A stretch of 62,503 bases of DNA, filler included, from Hausera hauseri (GCA_046269625.1; 11 parts of 11 records of this genome joined end to end with filler, not necessarily neighbours in it); one strand, 5' to 3'. Counted from the first letter of the whole stretch, positions 11,801 through 25,988 are shown. Program-made: numbers and translations. The notes: generated by a model from the sequence alone, not told the origin.

Positions 11801-12569
11801 AATACGACACCGGAAAAGGATTGTAAGCAAAAGTGGTAGTCGTAGATTTCTACGAAGCAGAGATGTGATCACAAAAAGTAATGTTTCATAGTGTCACTAA
11901 GTTATACACTGAGAATCAAAAATGTCACTTGCAAGATGGAACCTGTGCTTTTAGAAGTTCTGTTATAATATGGGAACCTTCCTCTTGTAAAAGCTGTAAT
12001 TTTATTAAAATTAAGGCATTAAAGTTTAATGAACCTACCGGAAAGCGATATGTAGATAAATCTGATACCAACTCAAAGACACGCGAAGACGTATCGGAAC
12101 ACCTTACACCCACTATGTTAATCTTGGATCAGCATGGACTGAAATTTATTAAAACGGAGATGATTTCCCGTTATGGAGTGGTAATGTTCGCCACAAACTA
12201 TGTCGCGTTTTTCATAGCCGAAACCGAGATAAATGCGAAAACCTATAAGTTGGAAACACAGGATATCCGGATTGAGGACTACTTGAAGAACACAGACGAT
12301 TACTTTTATTATAAGGGACAAATCGGAATAATGGAATTATATCACAAAATGATAACAAATGACTGTAAATTAGATACTGAGATCACGAGTACGAAATTGG
12401 CTCTCATCTACGCCAATCCGAAGTTAGCTTCGCCAATAATCCCTGTGAAGGAAGGAATTTGCGGACGAGTCACAGGCGAAGTATTGTTAACTTACGAATG
12501 TGAAAAGAAAGATGTACCATCAATGTGGAAGAAAAACCTTGCATTCAGGAACTTCCTGTTATTTATCAG
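8895..12569 (+). mobile_element. Same gypsy family, copy 2 (N-terminal region plus most of the glycoprotein; 3'-truncated near 12569)
   Basis: Colinear with 1-3603 (e.g. EPEWDAYLDA, SSEWMDEKECEL, CDKFKLGQ.YSL). Similarity stops abruptly after ...CCTGTTATTTATCAG. Confidence 0.93.
11344..12569 (+). pseudogene. Chuvirus-like glycoprotein, copy 2 (partial)
   Basis: ORFs 11365-11667 and 11881-12654 carry the same Cys pattern as copies 1 and 3. Confidence 0.8.
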
Positions 12570-13606
12570 TTTAGTAGATCGCGTTTCTACAATTCCGACC
12601 TCAACGTCATTCGATGATTGTAAGATTGAATTCTGCATAAAAAATTTATTATAAAAGTTTGTATAACAATTATCTCCTTCACTCATTAAATGATTCTTCT
12701 TTTCAATCTGTTTTTGAATTTCCTTAATATCCGTTTAAATTCCTCCTCACACTGAACTACTTGGTTGAGACATTTTCAATCATAACATTTGCCTACCTAT
12801 ATTCAATTTTTACACGAATTTTTGTTGGACGCCATATTTAAAATTTTAAAAGCCTGTTAAATATCTACAGTACATGTGCTTGTGTCTATCACTTATAACT
12901 GTATGCCTCCTATCTTCGCCTTATTAAACGTGCATGTGTATCATTTCCTCTCATCCTCGAACCACATCATGCGAAGTCTGAGCATAGAGGATTGGTGCAG
13001 TGTTCTCACTTCTATCTACTATTCACAAATAGTGCACTGCTTAAAAAACTAATCAACAAAATTTTTAATTTGAACATTTGCTGTATATATTGAGACGTGT
13101 GTGGTTTTACCTTGATGGTGTATGTTATCATATTCAATATATTCAAATTCAATTCTTTTTCATTTATCTTTTTGTGAACAAAATACTTTTATATTCTATA
13201 CATTTTAATACATATAAATACACTTTTACTTGTTACTTTTTTCTAACAATATGGCGACATTATATTTAAAGTTTTACTGAAATCAGATTAATGAAACCAT
13301 TTGTACGTAATAAATATTTCAAAGAATTTCATACTGGTTTCAGAAAATATTTTAATTATATCAAAAACATTATATTGTGCTTTATTATGTCGCCAGTGGC
13401 ATTTTTCATCTTGAAACTAATTTCAGTTACCAGTCTTGTGTGCTACTTTCCGTACAATCAATAATTGTACATAAACGGTATAAAATGAAATTAATTACAG
13501 TAGTACTTTACTTACGAGTAAAACAATTTTCTACATTTTAGACGGAACTATTTAGATTATGTACATTATCACTGCAGCATAGAAAGTTTTGTTCTTCATT
13601 TTACAA

Positions 13607-13706
13607 TATTAATCGACATTCAACTAGCTAATTAACTAGCTATTGGACTTCTGAATTATTAATCGACATTCAACTGACTAATTGACTAGTTATTGGACTT
13701 CTGAAT
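13607..13706. repeat. 50-bp tandem duplication (2 copies)
   Basis: TATTAATCGACATTCAACTAGCTAATTAACTAGCTATTGGACTTCTGAAT repeated with a few substitutions. Confidence 0.9.
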
Positions 13707-13902
13707 TAAATGAATTGTTGGACAGTTAAAACTAGTTAATGGAAATGTCCATTAACTATATTTCGGGACGTTACTACCTGGTTGACATTTACTGCCGTGA
13801 NNNNNNNNNNNNNNNNNNNNNNNNNNNNNNNNNNNNNNNNNNNNTTAATTAATTAANNNNNNNNNNNNNNNNNNNNNNNNNNNNNNNNNNNNNNNNNNNN
13901 AT

Positions 13903-15020
13903 GCATTGTTTATGGACAAAGGCCATAGAATCAAAAACAATCAATGTCTGCTGTACAAAATTATACATGAAGTAATTCCATACTCGAGTAGACTGCTTAC
14001 CTCTCAATTATCTATTAGATGAATATTCAATATAGATTTCTTCTTACTGGAACACCGATACAAAACAATATCGATGAATTTTACAACGTTCTTGTCATGG
14101 TGTCTCCTGAAAATAAAATCCTCGTCAGCCGTTCTCATTTCAAAAAACACATTGAATCCCAACTCAAGCAACTAAAATCTGACACATGTGATAGTATTAT
14201 TGACATGGATCCAGATTTGAAACCTGTAATACTCCGAAGAACCAAACTTGAAGTCTTAAAGGACTTACCGGAAAAAATGGAAGTCTTGATTTTCCACGGA
14301 ATTACAGATCTCCAGAAAAAACTGTACAAGTCGTTTCTGTCGCATGATACTCTACTTCTTCATGAAATATTCTCAGGAAACGGAAACTCAAGAGCAACTA
14401 CTCAAAGATTACTGAATATCTTAATGCAAATTAGGAAGTGTGTTCTTCATCCTTATCTCTTTCCAGGAGTTGAAAAGGAGCCATTTCAATTAGGTGAACA
14501 CATTGTCGAAAACTCATTGAAATTGCACGTTCTCGACAAATTACTCAAATATTTAATGCCATTGAAACACAAAGTTCTGATCTTTTCTCAAATGACGAAG
14601 ATGCTCGACATTATTCAAGATTTTTGTTTTTTGAGAGGACATGATTACGAACGATTGGATGGATCTGTTCGTTCTGAAGAAAGATTTGCGGCCATTGCCA
14701 ATTTCAATAAAAATGAATCAACTAAAATATTTCTACTTAGTACCAGAGCTGGAGGACAGGGTTTGAATTTGACTGCTGCAGACACTGTGATATTTATCGA
14801 CAGTGATTTTAACCCCCAAGCCGATTTACAGGCAATGGCTAGAATTCACAGACCGGGTCAGACTAGACCCTGTCGAACAATTCGTCTTGTTGCGAAAAAT
14901 ACTGTTGAAGAAATGATAATCTCTCGTGCGCAGAAAAAACTTGAAATGACAAGAGGTATACTCGGCAATGAAGACGAAACGGAAGAAAAAATGAAAGTTG
15001 GCAATTTACGTATTGTTTAA
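13903..15020 (+). CDS. CHD1L: CHD1L/ALC1-like SNF2 chromatin-remodelling ATPase (5' partial; 47-nt intron 13972-14018)
   Basis: LLTGTPIQNN, RKCVLHPYLFPGVEKEPF, KVLIFSQMT, YERLDGSVRSEER, LNLTAADTVIFIDSDFNPQADLQA match the ALC1 subfamily. A GTAATT...TATTAG intron joins an upstream exon carrying HRIKN. Confidence 0.85.
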
Positions 15021-15478
15021 ATTTTTCTCGTTACATTCAACAGGAGATCATCACTTACTGTAAATGATTGTTTTTGTAACAAATTGTCAGAGTGGCGCTC
15101 ATAATAATATGAAAATATTTTTTGCCAACGAAACCAATGCAATTGAAGCTTTTAAATGTGACAGCATTTCGCACTTATTCAAATCTCCCCAAAGACAAAA
15201 TTTTCTTTCCTTTGCTCGAGCTAAAATGAATGAAAATTTATTTTGCACGTCTCTAACTAATAGTTATAAAATCCCAAATTTACAGTAAAATACGTTTCGA
15301 GTCGAATGATTTACCGTCAATTACCACTTCGAAAGTGCACAAGTTATTATCATAATAGTCATTTTTAACAGTAATATAAAATAAACGTTCTGTTTTGAGT
15401 TTTCTTTTTACATCTAAAGAACGATATCAGATCTTTCAAATAATCAATTTTATAAAACAGAGCATTTATTATATTCAT

Positions 15479-18400
15479 CTAAGAACGCCCCAACAAGAAC
15501 GATGTCAAATCTCGCAAGTAGTTCATTTTATACTGATGGGAAATGTCAGAATACACGCCAATTTGCTGTAGGAGGAGGTCGGCATCTTTAGTACAAACAA
15601 TTTTATTGCCGCATGCCTTACAATTTCGTGCACCAGTCAACGTAGATTCGAGCACTCCCTGCGGACAATGAATGCACTGGACGTCCTGCAACAAATTAGC
15701 CTCAACCATGGAGTTCAACTGGGCAACAAGTACATCCTGCATTGCGGATTTATTGTAAAGTTGTCTGCAGGCTGGGCAATGAAACCAATATCCATCTGCT
15801 GTTTTCTGATAGTTAACATCTCGACACAAATCCAGATCTCTCGTCAAATTACATTCTTCACAAATAACCTCTGGCACGATAACGAGTAGTTCGCATCCAT
15901 CATGTTCAATTACCGAACCCTTGACATCCTTACTGTACGGTGATCGCCATCGAGCCTTATCGTCACACGAACCAACTTCCAGCAAACGCAACATGTTCTG
16001 TTTCCAATCACTGACATGTGGTGACGCAATCGGATCCCATTTCAATATGTACGCCACTGTGTTCACAAAATCGATCAACGGATACCGACGAACAGCGTTC
16101 TTCAACGGTAACAATGGAGATTCGTCTGGCGACTCACCGAGTGTTACTTCACCCAATCTGCCACTGACAGCCATCAATTCCGCCACCAACTCGTACAGTT
16201 TCTCGGGTAATTCGTTGACGAAAAATGACTCAATCGCCTGACGACTATCCGATTGATCGCGAATAATTCGCTGACTGTTTCGCAACAGTTGATCGATAAT
16301 TTTTACAAGTCTCAACTGTACACTGGTGTCCGGTGACAGATAACGAGCCAGATGCCAATTCGTATCGATTGTTCCCTCTGACGACTCAATACCACTGTAA
16401 TTCTGCTGATCACGCCACAATAACACCGTCCAACTGGCAACCGAACGGAAATCCAAATGGGCAAAAATCTCTTGTTTCCGAATCGCTGTCATGACATATT
16501 CCATGAAATTCATCGCTTCCCCAGCATCGGTCCGTCGTGTACTCAAGACAATTCGGTTGAAATTCCCATAGACGACATCGACACCGAAATTATTCAGCTG
16601 TTCGATGAGCTTGAAGAACACTTTTCGCATGAGTCTTTGGAGAGTTTTATAAAGTGCCGGATCGTAAAGAAGTGAGTATCGATGTCGTAGCCATTTGTAG
16701 AAACCGATCAGATGATCATCGGCAATGACATTACCATCCCGACTGGCATCCATTATCCAGTCCATGACCATGGTCCTGAATACGCGAAATGCATTGGCAG
16801 CTGCGTTGGTGTCATCGTACCGACTTAATACGTTCAAATTGAATTTCCTCGGATCCATGGAACGTAACATGTCGTCTACCGATTTGCTAGTTGCTACTGA
16901 TGACTCAAACAATCGTCCTTGGGTACCGTCAATTTCAAATACTTTCTGCATGGCAATCAACGAATTGACGGTGAAGAATGTCATTTCAATGTCGACACAG
17001 ACATTGCGATAAAACGACGGACGATTGTATTGGACAATGGATGATTCCCAATCAATGAGCATTAGTCTTCTGTCTTCATTTTCTTTCCCACCGAGATCCG
17101 GTTCTGCTGATGGACTACACCAGAGAACATGTTCATTCTTGATAAGATAACGAGCATAGATCAGATCACAACTGTGAATCGTGTTGACATACTGACCGAT
17201 ATTTCCAATGGGTACATGGAGATATCTGGCACGTTCAATGAGCTGTTTCATTGTGTCGTTGTATGATCCCATTGCCTGTGCACAGATGATTGCTGATTTG
17301 TTCAACCAATTCAATGTCAATGGTTCATCTGATTGTTCAGCGGAACGCAATGGAATTGTAGGGAAATCCACCAGTACCGGCATGGCTGTATGGAATTGCT
17401 GCTGGGACATTTTACTAACGATAACAACCGCTGCCGGTCCCTTGCAGTCCTTCCTATGTGCTGCTAATATCTGATTCACATGACGGAACATGTCATTCTC
17501 ATTCCGCTGATTTGTTAATGTCAATTCGAGTGTCTTGTCTCCACGGGCACGATGGAATGCCGTCTGTGCTGCACGTACAGTGTCCGCTGGTACTTTATCA
17601 CTACTCAACAAACAGATGGCAGCTACACGACGATCAGGATCGACAATACCAATCAATTGTTCATTCCGTCGTCCAACAATGTGATGGATGTACAACAATC
17701 GCAATCGCCCATCCGGTAAATACGGTTGTTGTCCCGTAATCCGCATTTTCAATGCATCCATTGGCAATCGTCGTGACTTGTCTACATAACCCAGAATATC
17801 ACCGGCAGCCGGATGAGATTTATCAACAACACACAGACAACCCAATCTCATTATGGCACGCATCAACAACGGCACATTCAATTCGTAAATTCCCTCAATT
17901 TCATTCTTCGTAAATTCTGACAGAATGTCCGACTCGTGCTGACGATATGTTCGCTCATCAATCGAATATTCGTACAACCAACACACTGCATGTGACCGTG
18001 GTAATATCCGATGGACTCGTCTGCAATGTCCCATCTCATCATCCGACTTTGCCAATCGCGTGTTCACGTAGAATATCCGCGGCACCACCACTGTCACCCA
18101 ATGAACATCCTGTCCCATCACCGCCCACAGTCGATATTCCCCAGGTGTCGACATCTCCACAATCTGTAGCACTTCCCACGTCGCCTCCAATACCAACTGT
18201 CTCGTCCTGTCAATAAACGTCGATAACCCGCCTGTAAGTCTTTTCTGTACCGGTTCGCTCGTTAATTTCCGTTGGCGAATTTCTCGCTGAATCTCCCATT
18301 TCTTTATGTGGAACCGCAGCCATTCTTTCATTTGCTGACGAGTTGTTCCGCGGACCGGCGGATCGCCTAATTCATCTCGCCAATTATTGATGATCTTCTC

Positions 18401-21400
18401 GGTATCGGTGGCCCGTGCTCGTTTCACAACGGTCGGCCGTTTCTTAAACAATTCGCCACAATTCTCAATGTCTCTCAACTGACGGGAGTTGCGTTCGGCG
18501 AGTGTTGATTGGTCGACGGCGAACATCTCGCTAATGAGCCGCTGTTTACAGACATCGGTTTTCTCCAACAGACGTTTCTGTAGCCAATCCGGATGTGGGA
18601 CTCGCGGTACGGGATTGTTGATGCCTTGTAGTGCTGCGGGAATTGTGATGATCTTCTGAATGTTACTACTAAATCTGTCGATGTAATATTCCCAGTCCAG
18701 GATCGACCGAATGTCGAAATCCTCCATTGCCGGACTCTTGAGCCATTTCCGCAGATAGAATCTTTTGACGGAATCTTCCGCTTGAAATATAGCCAATGGA
18801 ACAGCCCGTTCGGTGATTGGAGCCCCCTCCGGTTTCTTTGAGATGATAAACTTAAATGACAGTCCACTATCACGGACCATCTCATCACCGAGAAATTCTG
18901 CCAATCGGTGAGCAGTCTTCAGTGATGTGGATTTCTGTGATCCGTATTCATCAATTCGTCGACTCATACATCGTCGTTCACAGATCAACTCAAACAACTC
19001 CTCCTCGGTCACTGTGGCACCATGTGTGTACAACAAATCCAACCAATGATCGGCAACAGTTGCCACTGATGCGTAAATCTCAGCCAATGTCGATCCCTTG
19101 AGAAATGACTCGAACACCGACGATTGAAAGATTTTGATGAGATTCAATTCGCCGTTTCGTTTAACTTCGAATCCTTTCAATTCGGCTAACGTGCCGTTCT
19201 TGTTGAAGACCGCATAACGTTTCTTCAGTTTCTTACCTTGTTCTTTGGATGCCGGCAACACCATTGCCAGATACGGCCCGTCGACCTCGAAGAAAATTGA
19301 ATTCTCTGATCGAATACGGTACGTGTGTGTAGTGGGATCAACGAGATCATGGTACTGGTCGTTAGTGAATAACGATTGGACTATAACATTCAACATGACA
19401 CCCGGGTACGATACAGTTACACTGGATCGACGATAATTTGTCAATTGAAATGTCAGATTTTCCGGGAATGATGCTGGCAGGACGCACCAAATACCGTCGG
19501 TGTCCAGTTCGAGTGGCTGGCCGATTTGCTCGATAGTTTCACGAGCCTGTTTGATAATTTCCGCACCAGTACAACAGACGATACCGGCCATTTCCATGGA
19601 GAACCAGCGTGCCCCACGACGCATTACATAGCCATAAAACGAATTCAGAATACACTTATGGGCCAATTGCAATGAATCATACAACACCAACAACCCGTTT
19701 GCCCGTTTGATTTCCGTCGCATCGCCACCCTCCTTTACCAATCTGTCGTAATTCGTCTTCCATACTTTCGTCAGATCTTTAAATTCGTATCGACGGTCAC
19801 GAAATGCCCGAACAGTGTCAACGTAAAATGAATTCTCTTTCTGACAAATAACCGATGTCCGTTCTTCGGTTCGCGTATCGTGTTTTCGTTTGTATGCCGT
19901 TCGACAGTAACTACCGAGTCGTTCGCGTTCGGCAGCGGCTTTCTCGTCACGGGAAAGTTCATGGAATTTTCTCGCCGGTCCGCCGGGAAATGCCGGTTTG
20001 AACGTTTCCTTTTCCAATTGGCTTTGGATGAGATAATATTCGGATTTGTTGGCGGGCATTATTTCACCACGCCAATTCCATTTCATCGAACGTTTACATC
20101 GGGCATCGGGCACGTTGAAGTCGCATGCGGCGCACGTGCTGTCATCAACGATGGCCGATGGTTGGAGTCTGTTGGATAGAATGATGTTCGGATACATTGC
20201 GGCAACGTCCAGATGGTAAATTAGCGGGCATTCCAGTCGATTTGGGATCGATTGTAATTGGGCGAGTTTCTCGTCAACTTGCTGGACAATCTCGTCAAAA
20301 TTCACAACGCATTCCATTGGTATTTTCTCTTCAATTTCGAGTGCATGTTGCAATGTTTTGCGTAATTCGTCACGTAAACTCTGACATTTTGCTGGTACGA
20401 TACGGAATTTGATCGGAATGTCGCTACGGAATACGCCGGACATGATTGCCTCGACATGACCGCCGACGTACGTTTCGGATTCCAGTAAATGGCCGTCTTT
20501 CGTTAGTTCGTTTAGCTTTTGGACTTTTTTATTCGGATAGACAATTCCAGCTTTGTATGCCTCAACCATCAGTAGAGATTCACATAACGTGCCACTGCCT
20601 TTGCGTAACGTGTCGTCTGGATCCAATGGAATGATCGTACACAATGCAAATATAAACGGATTGACGTATTTCATGTACAAATAATACGTGGCGACAGCAT
20701 CCGATACCGAATAGTTCGCCATTCGTCGAGGATCTTCTCTCGCTAATTTACACATCTCTTCTGGATCGACCTCAATCGGATCGTATCGTAATTTTGCTTT
20801 ACAAACAGCTTTCAAACCCTGTGCACCAACAGGAAGATAACTGTCTCGCTGTACCCATTTAAATGCATCCATATGCGCTGCATTACGAGATCGATATTCA
20901 TCTTGTTGAGTTTTACTCACACCGATATAATCCGCCATATCCAGCGAATGGTACGCCGCACGAGTCTCCACAAATGGCCAATCGAATGAATCACCGTTGT
21001 ATGTTACGAATATGTGCGGTTTCAGTTCACGAATGTGCTCAAAGAATCGCGTTAAAGTCGCCTTTTCATCGGGTTCGTTGAATACTATAAACGGACCGGG
21101 ATATTCCGGACGAGGAGTGAATTCAAAATTTTCAATATCGGCAGAGAGAATTTCTCGGTTGCAAATGAGATATCCCTGACCATCGACGACGTACGAGATC
21201 ATCATGACTTGATCAAATGCTGCATCTGGGAATTTCAATGGCAATTTCGTTGTTTCTATGTCGAATGCCAGTACGACAGGTTCTGGTATATCCACGATTT
21301 CGGTCGCAGGAACAATACGGCAATGTTCACCGCTACCGAAAACTTTATACCATTTTCCAACGAAAAAATTGTTATCGATGGACACACGCATCTGATACGG

Positions 21401-22105
21401 AACGTCATATTCCCGTATTTCGACAATATTATCTGCAGGATCACTTACATACTTCATCGACCTTTTCTCGCCGTTGCTGGCACCGGTAATGTGTTCAGAT
21501 AACATTGAATTATATGCCGATTCGTTTTCCATTTGCTTTTGATTACGACTGATTATCGGCAACAAAACCTGCCGAACAGCGATGAGATCATCGGTGTTGC
21601 TGAATGAGAGTTTGATATACTTTCGTTGTAATCCCGATAAATGATTTGGTAAATCTAGATCAACTTTGTCAACGAATTGTACGTCCGATAAAAATTTTGT
21701 GAATTTCTTTTTAATGTAGTTGTATACATCGTTTTCCGTTTCGTTTTTCGTTCCAATGTAAAAATACGGTTTGTAAATAAGAATGGATTTAAATCGTGAT
21801 CCGTCTTCTTCAATGAAGTAATAAACTATACCACTAACAAAACGATTGTCGTCATGAATGACATCAGTTGGTTTCATATTAATGAGCCACCCATATCGGC
21901 CATCAACATTTTTGTTTTCTTCATACCCATATATTCGATCGATTAAATCGTTCTTTTGTAATCTCTGGACCTTTTCTTCGTTCAACGGCACTTCTTCTTC
22001 CGAATCTTTGTTGTTTTGATTAAATTTCTTATTATTCTAAAATTAAAATAAAGATAAGTACAAAATATTTGTGCAAAAAAAACTAACATCTCGACTAAAA
22101 GTCAT
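15479..22105 (-). CDS. POLE: DNA polymerase epsilon catalytic subunit A (exon 1 22088-22105 MTFSRD, 51-nt intron 22037-22087, exon 2 15479-22036; about 2191 aa)
   Basis: Exonuclease AFDIETTKLPLKFPD; polymerase HLDVAAMYPNI, QLAHKCILNSFYGY, LELDTDG; CysX CAACDFN..C; C-terminal CysA/CysB zinc fingers. A phase-0 GT..AG intron links an upstream ATG in frame. Confidence 0.98.
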
Positions 22106-22295
22106 CGATAAAAATTTATAGTAAATCCACAAAAATGTGAGATTTTTATTTTCGTTTATAAAAACTACAATTCCGTTGCTATGGTCGAATAGCAANNNNN
22201 NNNNNNNNNNNNNNNNNNNNNNNNNNNNNNNNNNNNNNNTTAATTAATTAANNNNNNNNNNNNNNNNNNNNNNNNNNNNNNNNNNNNNNNNNNNN

Positions 22296-22372
22296 CAACA
22301 ACATTTATTAACACAACAATGTTTATAACATTTTTATCTATATTGACGTCTAAGCCAGTCCACACAATAATT
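22296..22372 (+). repeat. Exact 77-bp direct repeat of 26625-26701
   Basis: CAACAACATTTATTAACAC...CCACACAATAATT is identical at both places; the first copy starts at the contig edge. Confidence 0.9.
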
Positions 22373-22599
22373 ACAAGAATATATTTTAAACAAACGTTAT
22401 GTTAATTGTAGAAATGTATATACTAATATTACAGAATTATACTAAAATTTCACTTTTGCAATAAGAGTACGTTGGTAGAAATGAACATCAGTAATTACAT
22501 TTATCAGTAATAAGATAAAGGATTGCATTTAAAGATGACAGTAGAGGGAAAATGTACCTTCGGTCCCAACCCGTGGGAGGGTAACCGATAAATCCATAC

Positions 22600-23325
22600 T
22601 GCATATGTGCTAATCGATAGTGCACATGGAGCACTATCGATCGGTAATGTTCCAGGCAACGGTACCGTTAGGCACAATTGCTAAGCAGATTTTTGCACAT
22701 TTCAATTATTAATCTCTGCACATTTCACTATTCATCGAATCGATCAAGACAAAGTGATAATCGATAGTGCACATTAGTGCGCATCGATTGGTGCACAGTG
22801 CAGGTGCTCTGCACATGTGCAAGTGTGCAAAAATCAATAATATCGGATATCCAATAATTCCAATATTGATGATTAGAACATGACACGGGTACAATCGATA
22901 GCCAATACGATGCACTATGTGAATGTGCAATTAGAATTTAAATCGATCGATTGGTTTTCGAATAAATGCCAACTGGGACCGAAGTTACACAGGTCTTTCC
23001 GCTTTAAAATAAAAATCGTTAAAATCGATATTATACATATACTAGTCGGTGCACTACCGATCGGGAAATACTTGATGCGGATGTACACTTGGGTACCGTT
23101 GCCATGGCATTTTGCACTTTTCACATATTTGTAGGTATACGGCCTATCGATGCTGGAATCGATCGGGACCAAGTTCAGGTGGATAGAGCATGTCGAGATG
23201 CATTTCTGTGTGCATGGTGCAGTGCGCCTCCACATGTGCAAATGTACAAAAATCAATAAACACGATGCACTACACGAATGTGTAATTAGAATTTAAATCA
23301 ATCGAATGGATTTCGAATAATATCT
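22600..23325. repeat. Degenerate ~0.4-kb tandem duplication rich in palindromic words
   Basis: CACATGTGCAA.TGT.CAAAAATCAATAA and GATGCACTA..GAATGTG.AATTAGAATTTAAATC each occur twice; perfect 11-bp hairpin ATCGATAGTGC-N7-GCACTATCGAT at 22613-22641. Confidence 0.7.
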
Positions 23326-23739
23326 ACTCGAAGGTGAGGTGGTGGAGAATGACAATAGGTTTGTTCTGCCCTAAGGAATCAAAAATCGATATTACATTGA
23401 GCGGGGACAGATAGGAAACCGAGTATGGAGATCTCGAATATCGAGTCGAATATTCGAATTTCGAAAATTTCCCCTTCTAAAATCGAACTTCTAACTTCCG
23501 AAAAATCTGATGACGGCATTCGCTTCCCCTTGTTCGAAAACCCCTTTATGCATTAAAGTTATTCCATAAAAATATGATATATAGATACAAAATCAATATT
23601 TAGAATTAAGCAAAATGTGCATTTAAAGCTCAGTGAAGCGGAAATCGATAAATCTAGTAGCGCATAGCGATAGGAACCCATAGATGGCGATTTGGATTAT
23701 GACATTCGAATTCGAGCTTAAAAGTCGAATATTTAGCTA

Positions 23740-25988
23740 TTGGAACTCATAAACTCGATCAAGCGTGCATTATTCGAAGAATCTAATGATGTAATTCGAA
23801 TCTCCATGTGTGAAAACCTTTTAAATTTGGCGCCGCAATTCTATGTAAACTCGTACGGGATCAAAAACATTCTTCACGAGTTTGGCTATATGAGGATCTG
23901 TAGCGCAAACTATGACTTCCAATGTATCACGTTCCCACCATCCATAGATGAAGTGAAGAAATTCAGTCGAATCAACAACATTTCCATCAATATCTTTGGA
24001 TTGGATGAGGACAAATTCTATCCCTTGCAAATATGTGATGCTGAATTGGAAGATCATACCTTGGAGCATCTACGTTGCAGAACATGTACATATGTGCCTG
24101 TAGTATTCCACAATCTCAGTGGCTATGATTCCCATTTCATAGTCCGAGAATTGGGAAACATTGAGGGGAACATTGATGTTATCCCAAAGAATGAAAAAAA
24201 AATGCGTCACTTTTACCAAACATGTTTGAAAAGTCCGACAACGCTTAGTAGGCAGCTTCCGCTTCATGTCGTCTTCACTTGACAGTTTAGTGAAGAACTT
24301 CTTCCCCACTACATTTGACCTAGTCAAGAGGAAAGGAGTGTTTCCCTATGATTAAATAACCTCATGGGGATGACTGCATGAGACTTCATTGCCGGACAAG
24401 GAGGGCTTTTATAGCCAGCTGTCGGACAGCCATATCAGTGATGAGGGCTGCCAGCATTCCCAAAATATCTGGCATGCATTCCAATGCAGGATTATTGGGG
24501 AATACAGCTATATATACCTCAAGACGGAAATGCTGCTGCTGACAGATGTCTTTGAGAACTTCAAGGATGTTACGATGAAGAGCCATGCATTGGATCCAGC
24601 TCATTTCCTTACGGCTCCAAGTATGAGTTAGGTAGCAATGCTGAGATATACCGGTATTAGGCTATAGATCATAAAGGATTATGACATGATCCTCATGATC
24701 GAGAGAGGCATTAGAGGCGGAATATGCCAGGCCATTCACCGTTATAGTGACGCCAGCAACACATATGGCCGAATACGATCAATCCAAGCCATCATCATAC
24801 ATAACATACCTAGATGCCAACAACTTGTATGGATGGGCAATGAGCGTCCATTTGCCATATGATGACTTCAAGTTGGTCGAGCATCCTGAAGATATCCCTA
24901 TACTGGACCTGGATCGCAGTAAAGATACGGACTACATACTGGAGGTGGATGTTGAATATCCACATAGCATTCACACAAGGCATGAACAGCTGCCTTTCCT
25001 CTCTGAGATCAAGCCTCCGCCCCATGGAAAGCATAGAAAGCTGCTCTGCTATGTGGATAGTAGGGAGAAGTATGTAGTCCACTACATAAATCTCCAGAAG
25101 GCGGTAAGAAATGGACTCCGCATTACTAAGATTCATCGGGCCCTGCAGTTCAGCTAATCCATGTGGCTGCAGCCCTACATAGATCTCAACACGAAGCTGA
25201 GGGTTAATGCCAAAAACAATTTTGAAAAAGATAAATTTAAACGGTATAATAACAGCGTTTTTGAAAAGACGATGGAGAATATCCGCAACAGGATCAACAT
25301 CGAGTTGGTCTGTGAGTGGAAACGGGCAAAGAAGCGCATTGACAAGCCCAACTTCCACAGCAGAACCATATATGCGGAGAACTTAGTTAGCATCCATAAG
25401 CTGAAAACATCCTTGCAATTCAGTAAGTATGTATATTAATGTATGGCAATACTAGACCTGTCAAAGATCTTGATGTGCAAATTCCACTACGACATCATGG
25501 TCCCCACATTCCAGTCCATACAGCCGATGTATATGGATACTGATAGTTTCATCTATCAGATCCATACAGAAGACTTTGCAAAATTAGCTCAGCATATGGA
25601 TACGTCGGACTATCCGAAGGAGCATCCCAACAATTCAATCGCCAACAAGAAAGTCCTTGGGAAATTCAAAGACGAGATGAATGAGGCAGTCATTTCGCGA
25701 TTTGTAGCTCTTAGGTCCAAATTGTATGTCCTTGATGTATGTGGCCAAGTAAAGAAGAGGGCTAAAGGGGTTCAAAGGGCGACCTTAGCCAAGAAGGTCA
25801 GCTTCGATGACTATGTCAGATTTCTGCATCAGCAAACTCACATAATATCAGAGATGCGCAGGATCCAGTCTAGGGCTCATACGATTGACACAATAACACT
25901 ACAGAAGAGCCTAGATTGGATGGATGACAAGAGACAGATCCCGGGTAATGGAATAATCACACTACCTCACGGGCAAGCTACATTGTGA
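23740..25988 (+). pseudogene. Protein-primed family B DNA polymerase (Polinton type), frameshifted with stops
   Basis: PVVFHNLSGYDSH, KGVFPYD, GIRGG, YLDANNLYGWAM, NNSVF.KTMEN, YMDTDSF, KRAKGV. Confidence 0.93.

Noticed and set aside
15668-21502. Numerous short + strand ORFs inside POLE
   Set aside because: Antisense shadows of a long GC-richer CDS with no recognisable motifs.
22296-22372. 77-bp exact repeat as an LTR, TIR or att site
   Set aside because: It starts exactly at a contig edge and its length equals a common assembler k-mer. More likely a graph branch at a duplicated protease 3' end than a functional terminus.
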